Assembly: GCA_022709755.1 (NCBI GenBank)
Contig: JAKLIF010000001.1
Coordinates: forward strand, 318,661-382,660
Direction of reading: 5' to 3'
From: Elusimicrobiota bacterium
GTDB taxonomy: Bacteria; Elusimicrobiota; Elusimicrobia; FEN-1173; JAKLIF01
DNA: 64,000 nt
Shown here: positions 9,538 to 19,077 of the stretch, piece by piece
Layout: every line of letters begins with the position of its first letter
Position numbering within the stretch: the stretch's first letter is position 1
Notes under the pieces: generated by a model
The model's database searches: none
What the model saw: the letters and a program-made list of their open reading frames with translations, nothing else
What the model was told of the DNA's origin: nothing
Made by a program: the position numbers and the translations under genes

Positions 9538-11326
9538 AAAGACGCGTGCCCGGATCCATCTGATAATCCACGAGATACTGGTACATTTCCATTACTTTTT
9601 TCAGGAATTTGGAATCCGCCAAGGACCTCATCTGATCCTCCACGTAGACATGATCAAACTTCATGCTTCGTTCAACCCCCTCCATGTGTTTGACAAGGAC
9701 GAACAGATAACGATACCCATCTAACACAGCCACGGCACGGTCATCCGGGGAGACCTCCTCAGGCGATGTTTTGGCCTTCGTCGTCAACGCGTCGAAATGA
9801 TACGGCCTAAAACGGACATCCTCATAGAAAGACTGCGCGTCCACAAAACAGCTCATCATGTAAACGTCACTGAAGTCCTTCTGATAGACCAATTGTTGCT
9901 GATTATTCAAGACCAATCCCGTCCGAAGAGACCCGATCTCCTTGGCTCCCCCTCCGTCCTCCGTTTGCCTGACGTAATGAAAGAACTGCCCCAAACCATC
10001 GCTCCCCTTTATTTCCGACGGGACCCCGAAGCGCCAAACCCCCCCGGCCCGCACGAGTTGCAGCGGGACGACGATAAACAGACAGGCCCATCCGACATTT
10101 CTGAACCAAACCGATGGACTCCTCGTCAAACCCCACGCCATCAAGACATAAAGCAGCGCGCCCGCCGAGTATAACACCACGTAACTCTCCGTCTTAACAA
10201 CGCCGATCAAGCGCATGATGACGATCAGCGAGACCATGATCGCCCCCAAGAACCGCATCGTCCGGATGGTCGCCGCCACCGGCTCCGGATTTTTCCTGTT
10301 CCCGATGAAACAGCGAAGGCCATAAACGATCAGGAGAAATCCGGACATATAAAACAGCGCTTCGCCATACTCCGCTTTCAGTCCATGATGGAAATCAGCC
10401 AGACCCGGACCCGGGTGTTTCCTCAAGAAAACCAGTCCGGAAGAGATCAGATCCGTCACCGGGCCATTCGGAGCGGCCGATCCCAGGATCGGTCCTATTC
10501 TCTTCTGAAACCGGCTCAACCACCACAACAATTGGTCCTTGTTCCATAACAGAACCGACAGATAAAATATCGAATAAACCGCGAGGAAACGACGCTCCTT
10601 CCACACGAACAGGCCGACGACGGCGAACATCATGAAATACAAATAGACCGAATAATGGATCCATGTGCCGACGACAAAAAGAGCGCACAACAGGGCGAAC
10701 CAGCGCCGCCCCCCCTCCTCCTGGTAACGGAGATACGCATAGAGCGCCCAGAGCGCCACGCAGGCCATCGGCAAAAATCCGAAATATCTTCGAGACATCG
10801 TGATCGTGTTCGTCATCGTCAATAAGAGCAGCGCCCCCCACAGGCCGGCCAGTTCACTCCGCGTTTCGCGATAAAGCAGGAGATAGGCGGCCAGGACCAG
10901 ACCCAGAAGCGCCCAGATCATGCTCATTTTATAGACGATCAATGTCTTTCCGAAAAGCATGAAGCAGCCCGCCAGGATCAGCGTCTGTAGATTCTTCGTA
11001 TACCACCGGTCTCCGCGGTGAAAAAGGATATCCTGAACGCTCTCCCGCAGATATCGCCCGGGAGCCCGCTGATCATAATCCGAATAGATCCGGGCGGAGG
11101 ACAAGATCATATAATCATGATCGATGACGTAATCGCGATCGGTGATTGAATACACATAATGGCCAGCCCAAGCATAGCCACAGACCGTCAGCAAGCAGAG
11201 ATAAAACAGGATCTTGTTCTTGAACAGACGGGTTTTCATCATCGGCCAGAGCGAGGAGAGACGGGAGGCCCCCCGTCCGGACAACGGGACCACGGGATTA
11301 ACGCGGGGCACTTCCTGCCCGAGCAT
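9488..11326 (-). CDS. GT-C-like polytopic membrane protein, paralog 2 of 5
   Basis: 612-aa ORF; true start probably MMKTRLFKNKILFYLCLLTV (~11242). Loop motif VIDHDYMILSSARIYSDYDQRAPGRYLRESVQDILFHRGDRWYTKNLQTL. Core ~60 % identical to paralog 1. Confidence 0.8.
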   Translation of the reverse strand: MLGQEVPRVNPVVPLSGRGASRLSSLWPMMKTRLFKNKILFYLCLLTVCGYAWAGHYVYSITDRDYVIDHDYMILSSARIYSDYDQRAPGRYLRESVQDILFHRGDRWYTKNLQTLILAGCFMLFGKTLIVYKMSMIWALLGLVLAAYLLLYRETRSELAGLWGALLLLTMTNTITMSRRYFGFLPMACVALWALYAYLRYQEEGGRRWFALLCALFVVGTWIHYSVYLYFMMFAVVGLFVWKERRFLAVYSIFYLSVLLWNKDQLLWWLSRFQKRIGPILGSAAPNGPVTDLISSGLVFLRKHPGPGLADFHHGLKAEYGEALFYMSGFLLIVYGLRCFIGNRKNPEPVAATIRTMRFLGAIMVSLIVIMRLIGVVKTESYVVLYSAGALLYVLMAWGLTRSPSVWFRNVGWACLFIVVPLQLVRAGGVWRFGVPSEIKGSDGLGQFFHYVRQTEDGGGAKEIGSLRTGLVLNNQQQLVYQKDFSDVYMMSCFVDAQSFYEDVRFRPYHFDALTTKAKTSPEEVSPDDRAVAVLDGYRYLFVLVKHMEGVERSMKFDHVYVEDQMRSLADSKFLKKVMEMYQYLVDYQMDPGTRLFVFRSRGEASLGHIED

Positions 11327-11332
11327 CGACGA

Positions 11333-13108
11333 TCACACCCCTTCCGAGGACGGGGGAACGCCACGTTTCGCTCGAAAGACGATGAGCCGGCGCCCCGGGG
11401 CCCCCATACCATAATGCACCAGATACCGATAGTTTCTCGTGACCTCCGCGAGAGCATTGTTTCCCGCCGTCTCTTTCACCGCAGAAAAAACCCGGTCCGG
11501 AAGAACATCCGAACCCTGCGGTGTGAACACGAAGAGGACGGGAATCTCTTTCGAAATATCTTTCTTCTTCCCCAATGAAGCATCCCCCCGTCTCCCCGCC
11601 GACAACCCCGCCTCCTCACACAGACCTTCCCATTCCAATCGCACGCCTCCATAAAAAGCCTGGGCGGTGATCAATTCATCGTGGATGTTCGGCCTCCCTT
11701 TAAACAACGGAGGGCACGTCCAGCGCGATTCTCCGGCCTTGTCTTTTTCTATGAAACCCACCATCGCCGGGATGGTCTTATCACCCGACGGGACATAATT
11801 ATTTTTTAAATAATGCATCAATTGGGAGAGGTCAATCATTTCATTGGACATCCGATAGGTATTGGAAGGCCGGGGGGCATTCCAAGACACCGCCATCACG
11901 GTGCCGACCAGACAGCTCCACGAGAACACCCTGAGCCAGGGGCCCCCCGACCGCCCCATATCCCACAAGATAAGAACGAAAAGCAAGACCCCCACCACAT
12001 AAAACACCACATAGTTGGACAATTGGACGATGTCGTTCATGAACATCGCCAGGGCGATGCCGGCCAAGACAGCGGCCAAAATCTTTATTCCAAACCGGGA
12101 CCTCGAGAGATCGTCGGCCTTCCTCTTTAAATGCCACAGAGCGTATAGGAACGCCGAAAAGACATAAAGATAGAATACCACTCCTCCGAACTGATATCGA
12201 AGTATGTCATACTCCGCTCGGTAATGCCGCGAGAAAATGCCGTGAATGACGTATCGACACGCCTTCATTGTTTTGTCCGCAATCCCGTTGAGTCCGCCCA
12301 GCGGGCCCTCCTCATAGAATTGCCACTGCAAGCCGAGTGTCTGATGGATGTTCATCATGAGTACCCCGACATAAAGAAGGAAGAAGAGCCCCGCGGAAGT
12401 CCGGCGACGAGGGATCATCAACAGGAGAACCCCCATCACAAGGAAATAGAGGTAGGCGGAATAATGGGTCCAACTGGCGACATAGAACACCCCGCAGAAA
12501 AGAAGGAAATACCGTTTCCCGTGATCCTGGAGATAAAGCAAGAAAGCACAGGCACCCCATAGGAACAGGCAAGCCAGGGGGATGAACGCAAAATACGTGC
12601 GAGACATCGCGACGATGTTCGGGATGAGGAGCATCAGGAGCGTTCCCAGAAGTCCGACCATTTCGCTTCGGGTCAGGACATACAAAATGCAGTATCCCGC
12701 CAGCGCGAGCCCGAGGAGCGCCCAGATCATGCTCATCTTATAGACGAACACCGTTTTCCCGAATAGTGCGAACAGGATGGCGAGGACCGTCGTATGGAGA
12801 CGACAGGCGTCCCCTTGCCGGCGCCAGGGAGCCACCATATCTTGAAAACACCGCCGAATGTAACCCGCCGGATCCTCCGAATACACCGAATAGAACCCGG
12901 CCTTCTCCAGAATGACGCAATCATGTTCGACCACGAAATTCCTATCACTGACGGCATATCCGTACTGCATCACGCACACATGAGCACAGATGAAGAGCAG
13001 GCATATCCCCGCAAGGATCTTGTTGTGATAGGACCGCATCAGGACAGTCCCCGCTCCGCCGATCCATCCGCGCAGAACAGCTGTCATACCGGTCATCGAC
13101 ACCGTCAT
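11333..13108 (-). CDS. GT-C-like polytopic membrane protein, paralog 3 of 5
   Basis: 591-aa ORF; probable start MRSYHNKILAGICLLF (~13039). Loop motif VVEHDCVILEKAGFYSVYSEDPAGYIRR. Core VYKMSMIWALLGLALAGY...MSRTYFAFIPLACLFLWG. Confidence 0.8.
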   Translation of the reverse strand: MTVSMTGMTAVLRGWIGGAGTVLMRSYHNKILAGICLLFICAHVCVMQYGYAVSDRNFVVEHDCVILEKAGFYSVYSEDPAGYIRRCFQDMVAPWRRQGDACRLHTTVLAILFALFGKTVFVYKMSMIWALLGLALAGYCILYVLTRSEMVGLLGTLLMLLIPNIVAMSRTYFAFIPLACLFLWGACAFLLYLQDHGKRYFLLFCGVFYVASWTHYSAYLYFLVMGVLLLMIPRRRTSAGLFFLLYVGVLMMNIHQTLGLQWQFYEEGPLGGLNGIADKTMKACRYVIHGIFSRHYRAEYDILRYQFGGVVFYLYVFSAFLYALWHLKRKADDLSRSRFGIKILAAVLAGIALAMFMNDIVQLSNYVVFYVVGVLLFVLILWDMGRSGGPWLRVFSWSCLVGTVMAVSWNAPRPSNTYRMSNEMIDLSQLMHYLKNNYVPSGDKTIPAMVGFIEKDKAGESRWTCPPLFKGRPNIHDELITAQAFYGGVRLEWEGLCEEAGLSAGRRGDASLGKKKDISKEIPVLFVFTPQGSDVLPDRVFSAVKETAGNNALAEVTRNYRYLVHYGMGAPGRRLIVFRAKRGVPPSSEGV

Positions 13109-13120
13109 ATTGGAACGCCC

Positions 13121-14941
13121 CTAGACACCCTCATCACGCGCCCCGGCGGGTCCCGCCTCACGGCTCCCCGCGGGCCTTTTCCCATAGACGTAGAAATACA
13201 GCCCCTCGGTCGCTTTAAAACCGGTCATATAACGGAACGGGCTGAATATCTTCCGATAAGCAACGGAGCCGATGTTATCCCGGATGACATGGGCTACCCG
13301 TTCTTGGGTGGCCTCTGTCGCCATGTCTTGGCGGTCACGCCAGTCGACCAAGACGATCAGATAGTGATATTCGGAGGCTGTATCCGCCGCTTTGTCCGGA
13401 GGGATCCATTTACCGACAAAACCGGGCAAATGGGTCTCGAGCGGATCGAAGTATTGTGTCTGGAATATCACGTCATGGAAGAATGCCGGAGAATCAAGGT
13501 AATTCCTGAACGGGTGTATATAATAAAAGTTGCCGACATATTTCAACTGTCCGTCGGGAGCGGCGCGAAGACCCGTCCGCAACGTTTTAATGACAGTCAT
13601 CCCGTCCATGTTCCGGAATCCTTTCATGTAGTCCACGAGAAGACCCGGATCATACACATCCCGCGGATAATCTCTTTCATTATATGCGGGAGGGTGTCCG
13701 TGGTACGGCGACGCCGCATGATACAACGCCAGACCGACCAGGCAAATCCAAGCCGATCCGCTGACCCAACTATTTTCATACCGGCTTAATTCCCATAACA
13801 CCAAGACCGTCAACAGGATCCCGGCCACATAGACGGAAAGGAAATTGATGCTTTCCACGCACACGAACACGTTCATAATGAGGAAGCTGCCCGCCAAGAA
13901 CGCCGCCAGAAGCATCATCGCCTTCCTGGTTGCGCAATCCGACCACTTCCGTCCTCTCCGGAGAGAGCCGGCATAAACCAGGATGCCGAGGATGAGCGCA
14001 TAAAACACATTGCTCCCCAAATGGCCCCGGAAGTTCATGATGATGCCCTTCAAAGCGTTCCAAGAGGTGTCTTCGAAGATATAGCCGACATAAGCCTTGA
14101 CGCGCAGGAGAATGCCGATGTCAGCGGACGGAGCGCCCCCTACTGTTTCAGCGCCGAAAAGCATGCTGAACCATAGAGCATATTTAGGGCTGTTCCAAAG
14201 AATGATCCCGATGACGATCGATAGGAACGACAATGCGGCACGCCGGTCTTGGATCAGCCAATAGGCGCCGAAGATCCCGGCATAGAGGTAGATCGAATGA
14301 TGGGCCAATGAGCCCAGATAAAATAATGCGCACACCATTGCGAAGTAACTCGTCCTCCTGTTCTCCTCATACAACAGAAAGACATGGAACGCCCACAACA
14401 ACAGGCACGCCACCGGCAGGAAACCAAAATATTTCCGGGAGTTTGTGATCACGCTTGGGAGTGTCACCAGGAGGAGGGTCCCCGACAAAGCGGTCAATTC
14501 GCTTTTTGTCTGCCTGAACAGGAACACGTACGCGGCCAACGCCAAACCCAACAACCACCACACTAAACTCATTTTATAGGCCACCAACGTTTGGCCGAAC
14601 ACCAGAAAGAACAACGACAGTGTCAGAGATTGGATGGTCTGGCCGCGCCAGTTCTCCCCCCGGTGAAGGACCATCCCCTGAACACCCTCTTTGATGTGTG
14701 ACCAGGGCCCGTATTCCTCATTATCGAATATATGCGCGAGATGCAAATAGGGATAATCATGATCCACCGCAAAGGAGGGATCGCTGACAGCATATCCCCA
14801 TTGCATCAGGACGACATACCCACACAGGAACACGATACACATCCAATGCAAAACCCCGCCGGAATATACTTTTGATGATTTGATCGAATGGTTCATCGTC
14901 TCAAGCCACTGCGCCATGAAGAAGGTCCGTTGGTCATGCAT
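13121..14941 (-). CDS. GT-C-like polytopic membrane protein, paralog 4 of 5
   Basis: 606-aa ORF. Loop motif AVDHDYPYLHLAHIFDNEEYGPWSHIKEGVQGMVLHRGENWRGQTIQSL. Core AYKMSLVWWLLGLALAAYVFLFRQTKSEL...NSRKYFGFLPVACLLLWA. Confidence 0.8.
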   Translation of the reverse strand: MHDQRTFFMAQWLETMNHSIKSSKVYSGGVLHWMCIVFLCGYVVLMQWGYAVSDPSFAVDHDYPYLHLAHIFDNEEYGPWSHIKEGVQGMVLHRGENWRGQTIQSLTLSLFFLVFGQTLVAYKMSLVWWLLGLALAAYVFLFRQTKSELTALSGTLLLVTLPSVITNSRKYFGFLPVACLLLWAFHVFLLYEENRRTSYFAMVCALFYLGSLAHHSIYLYAGIFGAYWLIQDRRAALSFLSIVIGIILWNSPKYALWFSMLFGAETVGGAPSADIGILLRVKAYVGYIFEDTSWNALKGIIMNFRGHLGSNVFYALILGILVYAGSLRRGRKWSDCATRKAMMLLAAFLAGSFLIMNVFVCVESINFLSVYVAGILLTVLVLWELSRYENSWVSGSAWICLVGLALYHAASPYHGHPPAYNERDYPRDVYDPGLLVDYMKGFRNMDGMTVIKTLRTGLRAAPDGQLKYVGNFYYIHPFRNYLDSPAFFHDVIFQTQYFDPLETHLPGFVGKWIPPDKAADTASEYHYLIVLVDWRDRQDMATEATQERVAHVIRDNIGSVAYRKIFSPFRYMTGFKATEGLYFYVYGKRPAGSREAGPAGARDEGV

Positions 14942-14944
14942 GTC

Positions 14945-16714
14945 TCAGGGCCTCCTGTTCCGATAGACGGTGAGTGTCATCCCCATGTCGATCGGATAAT
15001 GGGCCAGTAAACGATAAGACTCACCCATTCTCCGGTGCGACAACGGGTCCCCGTTTTGTTCTAAATATTTCTCAAAACATCGCGCCCGACCCTCCCGATC
15101 GTCCATCTCCCGGCGCTCATCGCCCACGAACACGAAGAGATAATCATATGGCTTCCCCCCTCGATCCATGTCATTATCCACCAAATCCCGCATGGCTTTC
15201 TGCGATGCGAGCCCCGCCGGGGGATTCAAAATAACCCACGATATCCTCATGGAGCTGTAAAACGCCCTTGAATCCAAGCAAGAGATGTTCTTTTTGAGGT
15301 CGTACATCTTATCGCACTGCCCGCCGGATCCCATTTCCGCCCCCGCGACGAGGCAAACCGTGGATCCCCGTTTTGAGGCATCTTGTTCCGTTTGGATATA
15401 GTGCATGAGTTGAACCAAATCGAGCTCTTCTCCCTGCCCCCAATATTTGCGGACACGCTCGTATCGGGCCGAATAAACATCCTGTTGAGACAGCACCAAG
15501 ACAACAAGGATCCCGAAGACACAGGTCCCCATCCATCGGGGCATATATCGACTCATATCCCATAACAAGAGTGTCAACAAAATGGCTTCGAGCACATAGA
15601 ACATGGTGAAATTTCCCGCCGCCACACCCGACGTCATCAACATGACGGACAACAGGGCCCCCATGCAAAACAAAAGAAAGGCGACGACGGCGTCGACCTC
15701 TCTTTTTCCGTCGATCCGAGGTCTGATGTATTTCCGATGAAACCAGATATAGACCGGCAACAGAGCCGCCAACAGGGAATAGGTGGCCGGCCCCCCGTGC
15801 CTCTTCAGTCCTCGGAAACAGAACATCATCCCTCGATAGAAATCATGTCCATCACCCACGGCCAAGGGAGTCAACGGGAGCCCCCCATGGAATAAATTCA
15901 GGAACGAAAAAAACCATCTCGGCATGACGTTCATGTCCTTATAGAAGAGCATGAAAAACACGAGGAGGAATGCGATCGCAACGCGCCTCGTGTTCGGCCG
16001 CAAAAACAAATAAAAACCCAATATCCCGAAATAAAGATATCCCGAATAATGGGTTCGGACGGCCATAAAGAACAACATGATGAAAAAAAAGAAATCCCTC
16101 CACCGAAAACACCGGCACATCGAGATACACAGGTTCAAAGCCCACATCATGACGCAGGCCAAGGGAAGAAAACCGAAGTACAAACCAGCCATTTTCACGA
16201 CGTTGGGAAGGACCAATACAAGGAGTGTTCCCAGAAAAGCCGTCATTTCCATCTTGGTCTGCCGATAAAGAAAGACATACACGCCGAACGCCAACCCCAA
16301 TAAAGCCCAGACCATGCTCATTTTGTAGACGAACAGGGTCTTGCCAAAAAAGATGAAACAGAGGGCAAGGATCAGCGTATGAGGACTATATCCTCTTCTC
16401 CCATCGCCGAAACTGAACAACCGGCGCAACGACACCCGAACGTACCCAGGGGGGTTTTGGCTGAACAAAGCGCCCCCCCCCATGAACCCGGCGGCAGTCA
16501 ATATGTCGTAATCATGGTCCGGAGCCACGACGCGATCCGTGATGGCGAATCCATATTGGCCGAGAATGACATAGCCGGTGATGAACAAAAGGCAGAACCA
16601 ATGAAGAAGGACCGATTGATAGGGTTTATTGAATAATGTTGGTTTCATCATCAGACCGATGGGCACGGCGGGAGCCGGCATGGAGCGGAAAGGGGTCATG
16701 GGGCCTGCCATCAA
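14945..16714 (-). CDS. GT-C-like polytopic membrane protein, paralog 5 of 5
   Basis: 589-aa ORF; probable start MMKPTLFNKPYQSVLLHWFCLLF (~16651). Loop motif VAPDHDYDILTAAGFMGGG. Core VYKMSMVWALLGLAFGVYVFLYRQTKMEM...LYFGFLPLACVMMWA. Confidence 0.8.
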   Translation of the reverse strand: MMAGPMTPFRSMPAPAVPIGLMMKPTLFNKPYQSVLLHWFCLLFITGYVILGQYGFAITDRVVAPDHDYDILTAAGFMGGGALFSQNPPGYVRVSLRRLFSFGDGRRGYSPHTLILALCFIFFGKTLFVYKMSMVWALLGLAFGVYVFLYRQTKMEMTAFLGTLLVLVLPNVVKMAGLYFGFLPLACVMMWALNLCISMCRCFRWRDFFFFIMLFFMAVRTHYSGYLYFGILGFYLFLRPNTRRVAIAFLLVFFMLFYKDMNVMPRWFFSFLNLFHGGLPLTPLAVGDGHDFYRGMMFCFRGLKRHGGPATYSLLAALLPVYIWFHRKYIRPRIDGKREVDAVVAFLLFCMGALLSVMLMTSGVAAGNFTMFYVLEAILLTLLLWDMSRYMPRWMGTCVFGILVVLVLSQQDVYSARYERVRKYWGQGEELDLVQLMHYIQTEQDASKRGSTVCLVAGAEMGSGGQCDKMYDLKKNISCLDSRAFYSSMRISWVILNPPAGLASQKAMRDLVDNDMDRGGKPYDYLFVFVGDERREMDDREGRARCFEKYLEQNGDPLSHRRMGESYRLLAHYPIDMGMTLTVYRNRRP

Positions 16715-16785
16715 CGGAAAAGATCCGTCATATCTTCTGAAAACCGATCATCCGGAAATTCCGGGGAGCCGCACAATCCCGCCGG

Positions 16786-18696
16786 TCAGTCGACGAACCA
16801 GATCGTGATTCCCGCCCAATAAGTCCTCGCCACATTGGGGACCAACCCGGTGCTGACGGATTCGATGAAACGCTTGTTCGTTATATTATCCACACCGAGA
16901 TAAAGATCGGAACTCAGGATCTTCTTGACCAACCTCGCGTGCCAGAGGGTATAGGAGGGGAACCTCATCCCCTGTTCGTTATCATATTGAAAACGATGGT
17001 GCACGTATTGCACCGTATTGATCAACCTCCATTTTCTGGGGAGAGAAGTCGTCAGGCGATAGTTCGCCGTATGACGGGGCGTCATCTGGAGCGGGACGTA
17101 ACGATAGGACCCCATGGAGTTCCCGATCGCCCGCTGATAGGTGTAATTGATACTCTCCTCGAAGGGTCCCCAACGCGAATCCATCTCCGCCTCGCCCCCC
17201 GTCACCTCGGCCCGCGGAGCATTCTCATAAACCGCCGATTTCGCCGCAATCCGTTCCCTCAACTGAGAATGAAAACCCGTCAGTTTCAACGAGAATGTCT
17301 TTCCAGACCGCCATTCCGTCCCGGCGTCATAAGTCCAGGCGGTTTCGGGTCTCAAGAAGATATTCCCCAAAGTTCCGCTCGACGAGTAGAGTTCGGTGAA
17401 CGAGGGGGCGCGGAACGAGCGGGCGGCGCTGCATGAAAGCCTCCAATTCGGGGTGGCCCGAAAAACGATCGCCAATCGTGGATTCACCACGTTACCGAAC
17501 GCGCTGTGCTGGTCCAGTCGCACTGTGGGGATCAGATCGCATCGGTCTCCCTCCCAATGCTCCTGCACGGTGACGCCCCACGAGGCGGCATGATGCGGCG
17601 TTCCCCCCTCAATCAACTCTTCATCCCGTTCATAGGAACCCCCGACGCTGAAACCGCCGGGGAACTGAAGTCGCGTGGTGTTTCCGACGACCTGGTTGAC
17701 CCGTTCCATATCCGGATCAGCACCGCTGGACGGACGGGTCAGATATTTCTGTCTGGACCCATAGGACATCGTCTGCAATCCCGCGGGGGACTCCCCGAGG
17801 GGGAGCGACAAGGTGAGCCGACCCAGATCGGTCGTCTGTTCCACACGACGCCATCGGTTCGACGGCTCTTTTTCCCGCCGCCCATCCCACCGGTCAACGG
17901 GAATCGGGGTCCCCTGGGGATCTCCGGTCTCCTGACTCACGCGGGACAGGGCCAGGGAGATCCGCGTTCCGTTCTGGGCCGTGTATTCGCCATTCCCGGT
18001 CAGAGCCGCATTGTGCCCCTCGGAATTCGTCTGGTATCCACCCGTGTAATACTTGCTCCCCGTGATATAGGTATCAAACCCCTTGCCCCCCGTGCCCAGT
18101 TGAGCGTTATACATGCGGACCGGATAAGAACGTCTTTCCCCGCTGGAAATCGGATAAGAGCGGGTTTGATATCCGAAAGAAGAATGGGCCTTCTCGGCGG
18201 TGTGCCGTTTGGTGATGACATCGATGACCCCGCCCAAGGTGTTGGCTCCATGGACCATGGAGGACCCTCCTCGGACGACCTCAATCTTCTCGATGTTATC
18301 GACGGGGATCTGAGAGAGATCGACGAACTGGGAAGAGACCCCTCCCAACGGCTGGCCATCGATCAGGATCCGGCACGAGGCGGGCGACGGCAGTCCCCTC
18401 ATCCGGCATGTTGCCATGGAACCCAAGGCGCCCGTCTTCTGGACGTCGATCGAAGGCAATCGGTCCAGGACGTCGGCCAGAGATTGGCCTCCCGTGTTCC
18501 GAATCTCCTCTTTCCGGTAGACAGTGATATTGGTGGGTAAGCGGCGTGAATCTGTCTTTGACAGCGTATAGGACAAAAACTCCGAATCCGGATCGACCTT
18601 CTGCGCCGCCATCGACCGCGTCTTCGTAAAAAAGAATGTGATCGTCGCCAATGCGACGAAGGTTCTTAGCCGCATCTCAAATGAGACAAAAAACAT
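16786..18696 (-). CDS. TonB-dependent outer-membrane receptor
   Basis: Signal peptide (MRLRTFVALATITFFFT). Plug-domain motifs ...ITVYRKEEIRNTGGQSLADVLDRLPSIDV... and IEKIEVVRGGSSMVHGANTLGGVIDVITK. Long beta-barrel region rich in alternating aromatic residues. C-terminus ...TYWAGITIWFVD. Confidence 0.88.
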   Translation of the reverse strand: MFFVSFEMRLRTFVALATITFFFTKTRSMAAQKVDPDSEFLSYTLSKTDSRRLPTNITVYRKEEIRNTGGQSLADVLDRLPSIDVQKTGALGSMATCRMRGLPSPASCRILIDGQPLGGVSSQFVDLSQIPVDNIEKIEVVRGGSSMVHGANTLGGVIDVITKRHTAEKAHSSFGYQTRSYPISSGERRSYPVRMYNAQLGTGGKGFDTYITGSKYYTGGYQTNSEGHNAALTGNGEYTAQNGTRISLALSRVSQETGDPQGTPIPVDRWDGRREKEPSNRWRRVEQTTDLGRLTLSLPLGESPAGLQTMSYGSRQKYLTRPSSGADPDMERVNQVVGNTTRLQFPGGFSVGGSYERDEELIEGGTPHHAASWGVTVQEHWEGDRCDLIPTVRLDQHSAFGNVVNPRLAIVFRATPNWRLSCSAARSFRAPSFTELYSSSGTLGNIFLRPETAWTYDAGTEWRSGKTFSLKLTGFHSQLRERIAAKSAVYENAPRAEVTGGEAEMDSRWGPFEESINYTYQRAIGNSMGSYRYVPLQMTPRHTANYRLTTSLPRKWRLINTVQYVHHRFQYDNEQGMRFPSYTLWHARLVKKILSSDLYLGVDNITNKRFIESVSTGLVPNVARTYWAGITIWFVD

Positions 18697-18720
18697 CCTT
18701 CATCATCGGATCGCGTCCCC

Positions 18721-19077
18721 TCAACCCAACTTCTTCATTTTAGCCAAAAGCCCGATCACCTCGGTCGTCTTGCTTCTAAACGGTGATTGGGGGTTGTCGA
18801 GTATGGCCAACGCCTCGGTGATTTTATTCGAATTAACCAGATTGACGATTTCCGCAGCGTATCGATGGAACTCCGCATGAATCTCAATCAATTTCTGGAA
18901 ATCGGGGGAACTCCCGAATTTTTCCTTCGCCTCTCCGTGGATCCATTTCCCCAGATCACACCGGTTATCTTTATTGACCAGATTCGAATCCAGGTTCTCT
19001 TTTCGATCGGCTTTGCAATAATCCCGAAGTCTCATCTTCCAATTCACATGAGCCTGCATGGCTTCATCGATGTTCAT
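18721..19077 (-). CDS. Stand-alone CZB (chemoreceptor zinc-binding) domain protein
   Basis: 118 aa with the CZB signature H-x2-W ... C-x-LGKW-x-H ... FH (AHVNWKMRLRDYCKADRK...NRCDLGKWIHGEAKE...EIHAEFHRY). GC content markedly lower (~48 %) than surrounding genes. Confidence 0.8.
   Translation of the reverse strand: MNIDEAMQAHVNWKMRLRDYCKADRKENLDSNLVNKDNRCDLGKWIHGEAKEKFGSSPDFQKLIEIHAEFHRYAAEIVNLVNSNKITEALAILDNPQSPFRSKTTEVIGLLAKMKKLG

Larger units (their letters stand above)
7753..16714 (-). repeat. Tandem array of five diverged paralogous genes (~1.8-kb unit) encoding GT-C-like polytopic membrane proteins
   Basis: The five consecutive ORFs share a conserved core, e.g. (V/A)YKMS(M/L)(I/V)WALLGLALA...R(Q/E)T(R/K).E......LL...PN......SR(R/K)YFGFLP(L/M/V)AC...WA...WIHYS.YLYF, and the same N-terminal architecture. 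Intergenic gaps are 3-12 bp, or the genes overlap. Confidence 0.85.
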
